In this document: positions 1 to 15,800 of the stretch, piece by piece
Layout of the letters: every line of letters starts with the position of its first letter
Numbering within the stretch: position 1 is the stretch's first letter
NCBI GenBank assembly: GCA_043228905.1
Contig: JBHGNT010000013.1
Location: forward strand, 11,470,001-11,534,000
Direction of reading: 5' to 3'
Origin: Azolla caroliniana
Lineage: Eukaryota; Plantae; Polypodiophyta
DNA: 64,000 nucleotides
The notes under the pieces: generated by a model
Told to the model about the DNA's origin: nothing
The model's database searches: none
What the model saw: only the letters and a program-made list of their open reading frames with translations
Translations under genes and position numbers: made by a program

Positions 1-1148
1 GATTCGTGTGTTTCCTTGGTTGTGGCCGAGAGGTGAAGTTTGGAAAGTGTCGATTAATTTTCCATCAATCAATGACTACACTCGGCACACTTGGGCGTGC
101 TTGATCTCAAAGAAGAGTGAAATCTTCGCCTGTGTCCTGAATGTGAAGAGCCTTACCAAACGGGAAAGAAACAAAAAGATCAAGTGGTTGAGGTTCAATG
201 GCGGAAAAGAGTACTTTTTTGACCAGTTCTCGAGTTATCTGCATAAGGAAGGAAGTCAGCGAGAATTCTCTTGCAGATACACACCGGAGCATAATGGTGT
301 GGCCGAACGAAAGAATCAGACGATAGAGGAAGCAGCCGGGGCTATGCTCGAGGAGAAGCATTTGACGAAATTCTATTGGGCTGAAGGTGTCAGGACAACG
401 GTATACCTGCAGAATCGGACTTCTACAAATGGAGGAGTGTCGCCACATGAGTTGTATTTTAGGAAGACATCGAATCTGGGACACTAAAGGGTGTTCGGAA
501 GCATTGCCTATGTGCATGTGCCGAAGGAGAAACGAAGTAATCTAGATGCAAAAGCTGATAAGTGCAATCTCATTGGCTACTCGGACGAGCAAAAGGGTTA
601 TCAGTGTTATAACCCCCGAACAAAAGAGGTCCTCGTAAGCTGAGATGTCATTTTTGACGAGTTGGCTTCGTGGTATTTGCCTTTGTCTCCAAACCCCAAC
701 AAGTCCATCCTGAATTCTGCGGATTAAGTTAATGAGGCCGAAATTCCTCCGCACGAAGAAGAAATCGAAACTCTGGAAAAGAGTTCGATCTCATTCCGGC
801 TAAGTGGGCTGAATGAGAGACTAAGTCGGATGAGGAGTCGATGAGTAGTGGAGACTCGAGCGTGCTGTCCCCACGCAAGGAACCGAGGAGACAGTTCACG
901 CGGAAAGAGAAGGGGAAGAAGAAGATGTTGGAATACGGCACTGACAAGGAAGAGTCGTATCGGAGCGAATCCGACTTTGGAAAGCATGAAGATGGACCTC
1001 CTGAGAAGAGGTCGGAGTCGGCCAAGAGGGATATTAAATCGGTAGAGCAGAAATTGCACCGATCAACATACTAGAAGAACCCCATAGTCTGGTATGGGTA
1101 CAAGGATTATACGGCGCATCATTATGTGTACATGAGGAAGGTGGCAAC
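1..1148 (+). mobile_element. Ty1/Copia internal fragment (integrase core plus linker), degenerate; same family as 17060-21213
   Basis: ORF 8-487 has the integrase motifs 'YTPEHNGVAERKN' and 'FYWAE'. The DNA is near-identical to ~17590-18670. It stops abruptly at ~1148. Confidence 0.9.
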
Positions 1149-1825
1149 TCGATGTTCATGACATTGTCCTCCCCTTCAATGTCGACTTCAAGAAGGTGCA
1201 AGTTTGTGAGGATATCGGAGATGAAAATCATGAACCACATTTGGGGCATTGAGTAAATTTTTTGTAGGCTCCCATGTGGTCTTAGAAATGGGATATCCTT
1301 TCCACAAGACTAGATACTGGAGATTTTGTCGGCTCTTGCGCGAGTCTAGAATGGTCTCGACTTCATAGTCATCCCCGGTTGCTAATGGTATAGGGGGTGG
1401 TGGCTCGATGCTTCTTCCTAGAATTGAGGATGGATGGTAGAGCTCAAGAAGAGATGCATGGAAGACATTGTGAATTCGGTAGTGTGATGGAAGAGAAAGA
1501 AGAAAAGCTACGGGGTTGACTTTGTCAACAATTTGGAACAGACCCAATTTTTTGTAGTAAAGTTTGTTGCATGGACGATAAGTTTGAGTATGCTATCGTA
1601 ATAGCCAGACCATGTCGCCGACTTTAAAACTAGGTGCATCCCGCCGATGTCAATCAACCTTCTCTTTGTGTCGGTCTTGAGCAATGAAGAGTTCGAGGGA
1701 TAGGTCATGGTGCACTTCTTTCATCAAGCGAGCTCGTTCTTCAACAGATGGATTCATAGAACCAGCAGGGATAGCTATTGTTAAAGCATGGATGGAACCT
1801 ATAGTTTGCTAAGAAGGGTGTTATG
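1149..1825 (-). mobile_element. Chromovirus (Gypsy) 3' fragment: integrase C-terminus, chromodomain, PPT and a ~15-bp stub of the 3' LTR
   Basis: ORF 1188-1547 has 'IHNVFHASLL' and the chromodomain 'YEVETILDSR...YLVLWKGY...TWEP'. On the minus strand the PPT GAAGGGGAGGACAA is followed by TGTCATG at 1163. Confidence 0.88.
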
Positions 1826-2270
1826 TGTCATGATATGGCAAGACTTGAACCCATGACCTTATGGTATATGGGTCGAGCTCTTAACCATCACACCATCTAT
1901 TGTAATTCATAAGATATTATTTTCATTTATGTTTTATTATAAGAAAGTAATGTATATTCCAGATTTCTCTGGAACATTCTAGAAGTTTCAGGATTACTCC
2001 TGACAACACTATAAAAGAAGGCACTAGGCATTATGTTGAACCAAATTGGTTCAACCCCAGTCTTAAGCCTCTTAGCCGCTTTGTACTTATCTTTTCACAT
2101 AATATATTAGCTACTGTCGTCATCTTTCTCTCTCTCTCATCCTCGCTATCTCTCTCTCTCCTCTTCTCACTTCCTCTCTCGGGAATCTCATGAAATCCCG
2201 TCTTCTTAGTACTAATAGTACTTCCCTTCTTAGTACTAATTCCATCTCCGCTTTAGTACTATTCCTGACA
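1826..2270 (+). repeat. 5' LTR of chromovirus
   Basis: TGTCA...TGACA termini, TATAAAA at ~2010, direct repeat of 7137-7581. Confidence 0.95.
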
Positions 2271-2343
2271 GTTTGAACCAATTTTTCCTTTCCTCCAGCC
2301 TACTTGTCGTTCTCCCTCATCCTCCTACCCTTTTCCCTATACT

Positions 2344-3501
2344 ATGGCTACTGTTAGTGCCCAAGAATATCAATCAGTTTTCTCCGAGTTACAGTGCCTA
2401 AAAGAAAAGTTTGTTGCCCTGGAACAAGAAAACCAACGGTTGATAGGGGATCTGCAACAAATCGCTCTCGAAAAACAACAAACGCAACAACAACATGGGG
2501 AGTTAGCATTACGGGTACAACAACTCGAAGCAGCGTTGCAACAACAAGGATCAAGTCCCCAAGGATTTCATAAAGAGCCCAAGATTGGACTTCCTGTGAA
2601 ATTTGATGGAACGCGATCGCAATTCTGGGGATTCCTTAATCAGGTACGCTTAGTCATCCAGATGCATCCTTCCCGATATCCCACTGATGCATCTCGAGTC
2701 GGCCTAATAGGCACGTTACTTAGTGGCTCAGCCTTGGCATGGTTCGCTCCACTTCTAGAAAAACAATCACCCTTGCTTAATAACTTTGAAGATTTTATTG
2801 GTGAGTTTAAAGCCTGCTTTGGAGATACCGACATCATCAGGACGGCGATCAACAAGATCCGAAGATTGCGTCAAGGTGATCGTCCAGCCTCTGCCTACGC
2901 GGCGGATTTCCGTCTACTCGCCTCAAATATTCCCTGGGATGATCAGGCCCTCATGGAGCAGTTTCGCTACGGCTTGCGCAATGATGTCAAAGATCTGCTT
3001 TTAACCTTCCCCGAAGAACCAAAGTCTCTTACGGAGGCAATCAGTCGAGCGGTCCGATGCGACAACCGCCTTTTCGAACGGCGTTTGGAGCGTCAGTTAC
3101 AAATACCACGCTCTCGGCCGGAACCCACATATGCCTCAGTCACGGCTAAACCATTTGCACGCGATGTACCTCAAGCCAATATTCCGACACCGATGGAGAT
3201 CGACACCATGCGTCGACGTGGCCCGTTATCGGAAGAAGAAAAACAACGACGACGTGCCAATCGATTATGCCTTTATTGCGGTGGACCAGGGCATATCGCC
3301 ATCAATTGTCCCCATAGGCCAAGAAGACAGGTAAATCAAATCGTCGCCTGTACTAAACCCGAGTCAATTCTTCCCTTCGGAGTGTCTGATAGTATTAATA
3401 GTACTAATAGAGTGTCAGATAGTATTCATAGTACTAATAGCCCAAGTATCTCAAACAAATTTGAAATCCTTAGTCAATTAGATGAAGAGTTAAACGATTG
3501 A
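2344..3501 (+). CDS. gag: Gag (PEG10/Tf1-like capsid with CCHC zinc knuckle), 385 aa, intact
   Basis: Motifs 'P.KFDGTRS', 'LRQG.RPA..YA..F' and the zinc knuckle 'LCLYCGGPGHIAINC'. Confidence 0.95.
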   Translation: MATVSAQEYQSVFSELQCLKEKFVALEQENQRLIGDLQQIALEKQQTQQQHGELALRVQQLEAALQQQGSSPQGFHKEPKIGLPVKFDGTRSQFWGFLNQVRLVIQMHPSRYPTDASRVGLIGTLLSGSALAWFAPLLEKQSPLLNNFEDFIGEFKACFGDTDIIRTAINKIRRLRQGDRPASAYAADFRLLASNIPWDDQALMEQFRYGLRNDVKDLLLTFPEEPKSLTEAISRAVRCDNRLFERRLERQLQIPRSRPEPTYASVTAKPFARDVPQANIPTPMEIDTMRRRGPLSEEEKQRRRANRLCLYCGGPGHIAINCPHRPRRQVNQIVACTKPESILPFGVSDSINSTNRVSDSIHSTNSPSISNKFEILSQLDEELND

Positions 3502-6500
3502 GTCCAGCCAAAATAGGAGCCGTTTGGTTGGATAGTAGCCCTAAATCTGTACAACCCATTAGTGGTTCCATTCCTTCCAAGCAAGTTAGCAATGTGTTCC
3601 TAGCCCAAGTCATTGTTAGTACTAAAAGTACTCCCCTAGTACCCGTCCTAGCACTCTTAGATTCCGGAGCTAATTCTTGTTTCATGGATCGAAATTTTGC
3701 CCAAGCTTCTCAGATATCCCTAAGAAAACTTCCTTGTCCCGCATCTGTAGTAGTCATTGATGGTCGTCCCATTGCTTCCGGGAATATTGTAGAAGAATCA
3801 GAACCCATTCAAGTTGTCCTAGGTAGTTTTGTGTGTGTAATATCATTTAATATAATTAGTAGTCCAGAGCATCCCATTGTCCTAGGATTACCTTGGTTTG
3901 AATTACATAATCTAGCCATAGATTGGAGAACAAGAGAAGTCCGATATCGACCACCCCAAGAATCTACTCACCGAGTTTCGACCATTTCACTCCATCAATT
4001 ACACGAAGAAGGACACAAGGAGGCAATGTTCCTATTTGCAATATCAGTACATCCTTCCAACACTATTAAGAAGGACTCCTCAGTACAACTTCCGGCAAAA
4101 TATCATCCTTATGCCGATGTATTTGACAAGGTAAAAGCCGGTACCCTTCCTCATCACCGTCCCTATGACTGTCCCATTGATTTACAACCAGGAACCGAGC
4201 CACCATGGGGACCAATTTACAACTTGTCACCCACCGAGTTAGAAGTCCTTCGAGCCTACATAGAGGAAAACTTGGCAAGTGGGTTCATCCGTCATTCGAG
4301 ATCTCCGGCCGGTGCACCCATCTTCTTTGTCAAGAAGAAAGATGGCTCACTTCGTCTCGTCGTTGATTACCGCGGATTGAATAAGGTCACCATCCGGAAT
4401 AGGTATGCACTTCCTCTTATATCAAGTCTTTTAGAGCGAGTTAATGGTGCCAAGTGTTTTACCAAAATCGATCTACGAGGAGCGTATAACCTCGTGCGGA
4501 TCCGACCGGGAGATGAATGGAAGACTGCCTTTCGCATGCGGTATGGGCATTTTGAGTATACTGTTATGCCGTTCGGCCTAACCAATGCACCCGCAGTCTT
4601 CCAACACATGGCAAATGATATATTCAGAGACCTCTTGGATATCTGTTTGATCATCTATCTTGATGATCTATTGATTTATTCGAAGACCCAGGAAGGGCAC
4701 GATTCTCATGTACTATTAGTACTAAAGCGACTCCGTGAGAATGGTCTTTATGCCAAGCTAGAAAAATGTAGCTTTGACTGCAAGCAAGTGGAATTTCTAG
4801 GCTACGTCATTTCCTCAAAGGGCATCGCCATGGATCCAGCTAAAGTCCAAACTGTACTAGAGTGGCAAATTCCACGGTCGGTACAAGATGTACAATGTTT
4901 TCTAGGTTTTGCTAATTTCTACCGTAAGTTTATACAGGATTACTCGAAGATTATCTTACCCCTCACACAACATACGAAGAAGGGCCAAGCATTTCTTTGG
5001 TCCGTTGAAGTAGATATGGCTTTTCGGCATCTTAAGAAAGCCTTTACATCAGCACCGATTCTAGCTCATGTGGATACTAGCAAACCATTCATCATGGAGG
5101 CCGATGCTTCAGATTTCGCCCTCGGTAGCATCCTTTCTCAACAAGGAGATAAAGAAGAGTTGCATCCGGTGGCTTTCCATTCACGCAAATTCGATGTTGT
5201 GGAAATCAACTACGAAATACATGACAAGGAGTTATTAGCCATCGTGGATTCATTTGTGCAATGGTGGCATTTCTTAGAGGGCTCTCCACATCAGGTCGTT
5301 GTCTTTAGTGATCATAAAAATCTTGCTTATTTCCAGAACGCTCGCATACTAAATCGACGGCAAGCTCGGTGGGCGCAATTCCTCACGCGTTTTGACTTCA
5401 AAATCACATATCGACCGGGGAAGCAGCAAGGAAAAGCAAATGCACTATCACGGCGTTCATATCTTGCACCCCGTCCTGGTGATCCAACATTTGATAATCA
5501 AAAGCAAGTAATCTTGGGACCAACACGATTGCACACGACGCAGATTTTTCACACCCCGATGGATTCATGGATTACCGATGACATACGTGCAAACTTGAAG
5601 ACGGATAATTTTGCTCAAGACATCCTGGCGCACATTGATACTTCTCGGGCATCCTGTTCTCAGTCTCAACAACCAGGTATTGACTACCGACAATTCGAAT
5701 ATCATGATGGTTTGTTATTCTTTAAAAAGCGCGTATATGTCCCCGATTGCTCCCGTCGCCTTCAAATCGTCCAACATTGTCACGACACCCATACGGCGGG
5801 ACATTTCGGTAGTATTAAGACGTTGGAGCTAGTGCAGCGATCTTTTTGGTGCCCCCACATGCGTCGTTTTGTCGACGACTACGTTCGGACCTATGATGCT
5901 TGCTGCCGAGCAAAGATGCCACGACACCATCCATATGGCTTGTTGGAACCCTTACCGATTCCAAGTAAGCCATGGCAGTCTATTTGTCTTGATTTTATCA
6001 CAGATCTGCCGGTCTCGCAGGGGTTCGATGCTATCTTAACCATCGTCGATCGATATACGAAGATGGCACATTTTGTTTCATGTACTAAGGCCATCACTAG
6101 TGAGGAAACCGCCGCCCTAGTCATGCGTGAGGTATTTCGGCATCATGGCCTCCCAGACAGTATCATCAGTGACCGAGGACCGCAATTTGTCTCCAAATTT
6201 TGGCAGCATCTCTTCAAGATGCTCAAGGTCTCTTGCAACCTCTCCTCCGGCTACCATCCTCAGACCGATGGGTAGACAGAACGAACAAACCAAACGCTAG
6301 AGCAATATCTCCGGTGTTTCCTGAGTTATCAACAGGACGATTGGGCCGAGATTCTCCACTTTGCGGAGTTTGCCTATAATAATGTTGTTCACTCCTCGAC
6401 TCGAGTCTCCCCATTCTATGCTTATACCGGTTCTCATCCTCGCTGGTCGGTGATCGACACCCCGGAGCTACCTACCAATCCTCGTGCCGGGGATCATTTA

Positions 6501-7125
6501 GAGAGACTACGCAAGATCCAGACAGATCTCTCGACTCATCTTCGTCATGCTCAACAGACACAGAAGACTTACGCGGATCGTCATTGGCTTCCCTCCTCTT
6601 TTGCCATTGGAGATCGAGTATGGCTCTTACGTCGTCAAATCAAGACTACTCGACCGTGCGACAAGTTGGATTATCGACGACTCGGTCCTTCGTCACATCA
6701 AGACTACTCGACCGTGCGACAAGTTGGATTATCGACGACTCGGTCCTTTCTGTATTACGGGTAAAGTTAATGATGTAACATTTCGCCTTGATCTCCCTCC
6801 AGTGCTTCAGATACATACGGTTTTCCATTGTTTTCTTCTTGAACCTTATAAAGCAAACACCATTCTCGATCGTGTTACACCACCGCCGCCCCCGCTGGAG
6901 TTGGACGCCGGCCCGGAGTATGAAGTTGCTGCCATCCTCGATTCCAAACTTATTCGCAACAAACTTTATTATTTGGTCGATTGGGTTAGTTATAGTCCGA
7001 GTGAACGCACTTGGGAACCCGTCGAGCATGTTGCCAATGCTCAGGATCTGCTTGCTGATTTCCAAACCCAATCGACTAAACCCGGTCCGCAATCAGCGCC
7101 GACTCGTTCCATTTGTTGTCGTTAA
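3498..7125 (+). pseudogene. pol: Pol (PR-RT-RH-IN-chromodomain) in the -1 frame relative to gag; premature TAG at 6273-6275 and a 58-bp duplication frameshift
   Basis: PR 'LLDSGA', RT 'YLDD', RH 'DASD', IN 'SDRGPQF' and 'YHPQTDG', chromodomain 'EYEVAAILDS...YYLVDW...TWEP'. Confidence 0.93.
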
Positions 7126-7136
7126 GGGGGAGATAG

Positions 7137-7581
7137 TGTCATGATATGGCATGACTCGAACCCATGAACTTATGGTATATGGGTCGAGCTCTTAACCATC
7201 ACACCATCTATTGTAATTCATAGGATATTATTTTCATTTATGTTTTATTATAAGAAAGTAATGTATATTCCAGATTTCTCTGGAACATTCTAGAAGTTTC
7301 AGGATTACTCCTAACAACACTATAAAAGAAGGCACTAGGCATTATGTTGAACCAAATTGGTTCAACGCCAGTCTTAAGCCTCTTAGTCGCTTTGTACTTA
7401 TCTTTTCACATAATATATTAGCTACTGTCATCATCTTTCTCTCTCTCTCATCCTCACTATCTCTCTCTCTCCTCTTCTCACTTTCTCTCTCGGGAATCTC
7501 ACGCAGTCCCGTCTTCTTAGTACTAATAGTACTTCCCTTCTTAGTACTAATTCCATCTCTACTTTAGTACTATTCCTGACA
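7137..7581 (+). repeat. 3' LTR of chromovirus
   Basis: Direct repeat of 1826-2270, preceded by the PPT. Confidence 0.95.
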
Positions 7582-12294
<4,713 letters not shown>

Positions 12295-12836
12295 AGGGAG
12301 GTCAACCCTTTTTATACATATAATGATGCATGATAAGCATGCTCATGCCAAGTCATACATACTATAATATTAAGCATACTGATTCTTGCATGCCAAGTAT
12401 TACATACTGAGTCTTACATACTATGAAGTCAATTTTTGCTGTAAGAAAAGACCGTGGCAAATACATCAAATACTAAGCTCTATAAGAATAAAGCACAATG
12501 TGAAAGGCTCAAGAGTTAAGAGAAGAAGAAAATTGAAAGGATATGAAGTTAGAGGTGTTTTTCAAAAGTAGAAAAAGCAAGAGAAAAGATAGAAGGAAAG
12601 AAAATGCATAATAAGGTAGAGAAAGCAGGGCAGAGAAAAAAGCTCATAACTTCTGCATCTCTTATCCAAATTTCAAAAAAAAAAGATTCATAAGAAAGCT
12701 AACAAAGAGAGCTTTCTTTACGATAAATTTAGAAACATAAAATAGAAATAATGATATGAAAAATGCATCACATAAACTCGAGCATATGTAAAAGAAAAGA
12801 AAAGAAAAAAGCAAGAATAACGCAACTACAAACCTA

Positions 12837-15800
12837 AACACGTTCGCGTTCACAAGTGGAAGGATTGCGCATTCCACTTGTAGAATCTTCTTAAAACAAA
12901 GCAAATACACCCTCTCTACAAAAATTGGATGCAGTAGTATCACATGTTCCTCAACTTGATGAGAATTTGCAAATATAAAAATACATGATAGATCTACGAG
13001 TGGAGATCATTAGAAATCATGCAAGTTTAGACATGTTGATAAGTTAATGTAGGCATAATAAAGTTCAACTATGGCTCAATATGACGAGGTCTTCCTATTT
13101 ATAGGGATTGAACACATTGGTTAAAGTAACCATAGTCACCTTAACCAAGGTTGGTAACTTTGAGGATAGTTAGTTGGTAACCATAGTCACATTAACTAGA
13201 GTAACTTATGATTGTATTAATGATTACAGTCAAACTAACATATTGATCAATCTTTTATAGTCATAACAACCTACAATGACTTCAAAGGTTATGAAGGAGA
13301 CAATGATAGAGGTTCATGAATGTACCAATGATTGATTACTAAAAGCAACAAATTTTATGACTCTCAAATGCTATGTATTAAAGATGTTGGCATGAATTAA
13401 CCAATGATTGATAAGTCTAATATTTAAAATGGTGAGCATTAAAGAACCAATGATTGAGACGTTCAATATCAAAATGGGTGCCATTAATTAGCCAATGATT
13501 TTAACATTAATCCAACATATTCATGGCTTGTTAATGATTAGTTTTATATTTTACTTGATTTAACTTCATAAAGATCTAGTTTATATAATAATTGATATTT
13601 TAAGTACAATTAATTTATTAAAAATAATTTTTTGATGTATTGTATTAATAGAATATTACATAATATAGACATTCTATTGATTTGGCTTTTGTTTAGAGAG
13701 AAGTTTATGTTTAGAGAGGAGTATATATTTAGAGAGGAGCTTATTAGTTTTTTTCCTTACCCTAAGCACATAACTTAGAGAGCCCTATCTAGACCTTAAG
13801 CCATGAGTGAAGATTCACCGTTCTCGATTGAAGAATATTGTTTGTCATCAAACCCATCGTTTTCTACTGAAGAGTATTGTTTGTCAACAGAGTCACCATA
13901 TTCGATTGAAGAATATTGTCTGTCGACCGACTCACCATATTCTATCGAAGAATATTGTCTGAGCTCATCTACAGGGAATGTAAATAATGACACATGTGAA
14001 GAGTTCTCTATTGAAGAATACGATATTAATAAAGATACCGAGAATGAAGGAAGTGCCCAGGAAACATTGAATAACATTGGCGATGGTCACAACAGAGAAT
14101 TAGACTGTAACAAGGTTACACCAACCTCTATGCAGGAAGAGAAATCTGGGAGCCCTATGCATATTAGAAGAATCCCACGAAGAATTCGTCTGGCTAGATT
14201 TAGCTTGGTGTCATCAGATAAACAGATTGGATTTGATGTCAACAAAATATGTTGTGCCCGTGGTTGTATGTCTATGATTGGAAAATCAAAGTTGCGAGAA
14301 TTAAGGCGATACTATTTTTCGATGACCGGTGATGAGCAAGACACTTACCTCGGGTCACATATGCAACTAGTATCTGACAAATGTACGGGGATCAAAGTAT
14401 CATTCGAGTATTATATCTTCCATGCGCAACAGATATGTAGAGTTGCATTCAAAATTGCGTTATGTGTTAGTAACATGCGGCTACATAGAGTACAACAACG
14501 TCTACTTAGCGGGGATCAGATGCTCAATTGTAAAGAGGTTCCAAGTATGCAAGGTGCAATTGGAAGACTAGCTATTGGCTGGATGAAAACTTACTTTCAG
14601 TTAAATTGTGAAGTAATGCCCACTACAGGTAGGATGCATCTTTCTGATAATTATACACGTCGGGAAGTTTATGATGTCTATCGATCTGATATGCTGGGCT
14701 CACGTAATAAGTCTATCACCTATAGCCAATTCACAAGATTATGGAGAGCTCGGTTTTCAAATGTTATTATTCCTCGTAAAGTACGTATGGGGTATTGCTC
14801 CATTTGTGCAAATCTTAAAAGTTTGGCTAAAGGTGCAAAGACATCAATGGAAAAGGATATGAGTAAGAAGTTACTACAAGAGCATCGTGAGGCACAATCC
14901 TTAGAACGAAGGAAGGCGATGCATCATAGAGAGAAGTGTTTGAAGAGGCTCGAACAATACATGTGCTTAATGATAGATGGCATGGACCAGAAGAAGACAT
15001 GCTTGCCGCATATGCGGAGGCTCCCCAAAGATGTCAATGATGAGTGCCTTGTTCAAATGCACTTGGTGGGATGCTTGGCTTATAAAAGGTCTGTTCGACC
15101 TCACGTCTTCATTACTTACCCCAATGTTCACAATGACCCTAACCTAACAGTTATAGTGATTCACCGAGTTTTGATGTCTTGGGGACAACCTTTCCCCCCT
15201 GTTCTATACATTCAATTGGACAATACTGCTAGAGAGAACAAAAATTCAACTGTATTTGGCTATCTAAGTATGTTGGTCAACCTAGAATTGTTTAGGAAAG
15301 TGAAAGTCAATTTCCTTTTGGTTGGCCACACACATGACCATATAGTTCAGATATTTAGCACATTCTCCAGACAGTTGTCTCGGCATGATGCTTTCACTTT
15401 ACCTAAACTATTTGATGTCATTTGTGATGCTTATACACCACGCCCAAAAGTGTTACACTTGAAGGAGGTATATGACTTTAAGAGATATATATTAGATGGG
15501 GGTGGTGGGAATGTTAAAGTGCTTGCTCAGTTAAACAATATAAGTTTCAATCACATTTTTTTGATAAAGAAAAATGGAATAAGTGGTTCTACACTTTTGT
15601 ATGCTAAACAATATTCATCTTCTACAACATGGGAACCTGAAGGTGGTTGCCAGTTATTACTTTGTATGCCGAGTACAATTGTCCATGGAGCTAAGCAAAT
15701 GCCAATTGAGAAGAAAGGACAGTTGTAGAGCGACTTGGTATCAGAACAAAAACGGTCATGGGTCCAAGCCTTAGAAGAAAAAAGAAAGCATATTGAGGCC

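Larger units (their letters stand above)
1826..7581 (+). mobile_element. Near full-length Tf1/Tcn1-like chromovirus LTR retrotransposon
   Basis: 445-bp LTRs at 1826-2270 and 7137-7581 (TGTCA...TGACA, about 15 substitutions by eye). PPT AAGGGGGAGATAG at 7124-7136. Gag, PR, RT, RH, IN and chromodomain are present. No matching TSD (TTATG vs GCGGC). Confidence 0.97.

Noticed and set aside
15726-15728. Programmed readthrough or U-to-C editing of the in-frame TAG (also at 6273 and others)
   Set aside because: The sister copy has a Gln codon here. C-to-T decay of methylated TE DNA explains it, and U-to-C editing is known from organelles.
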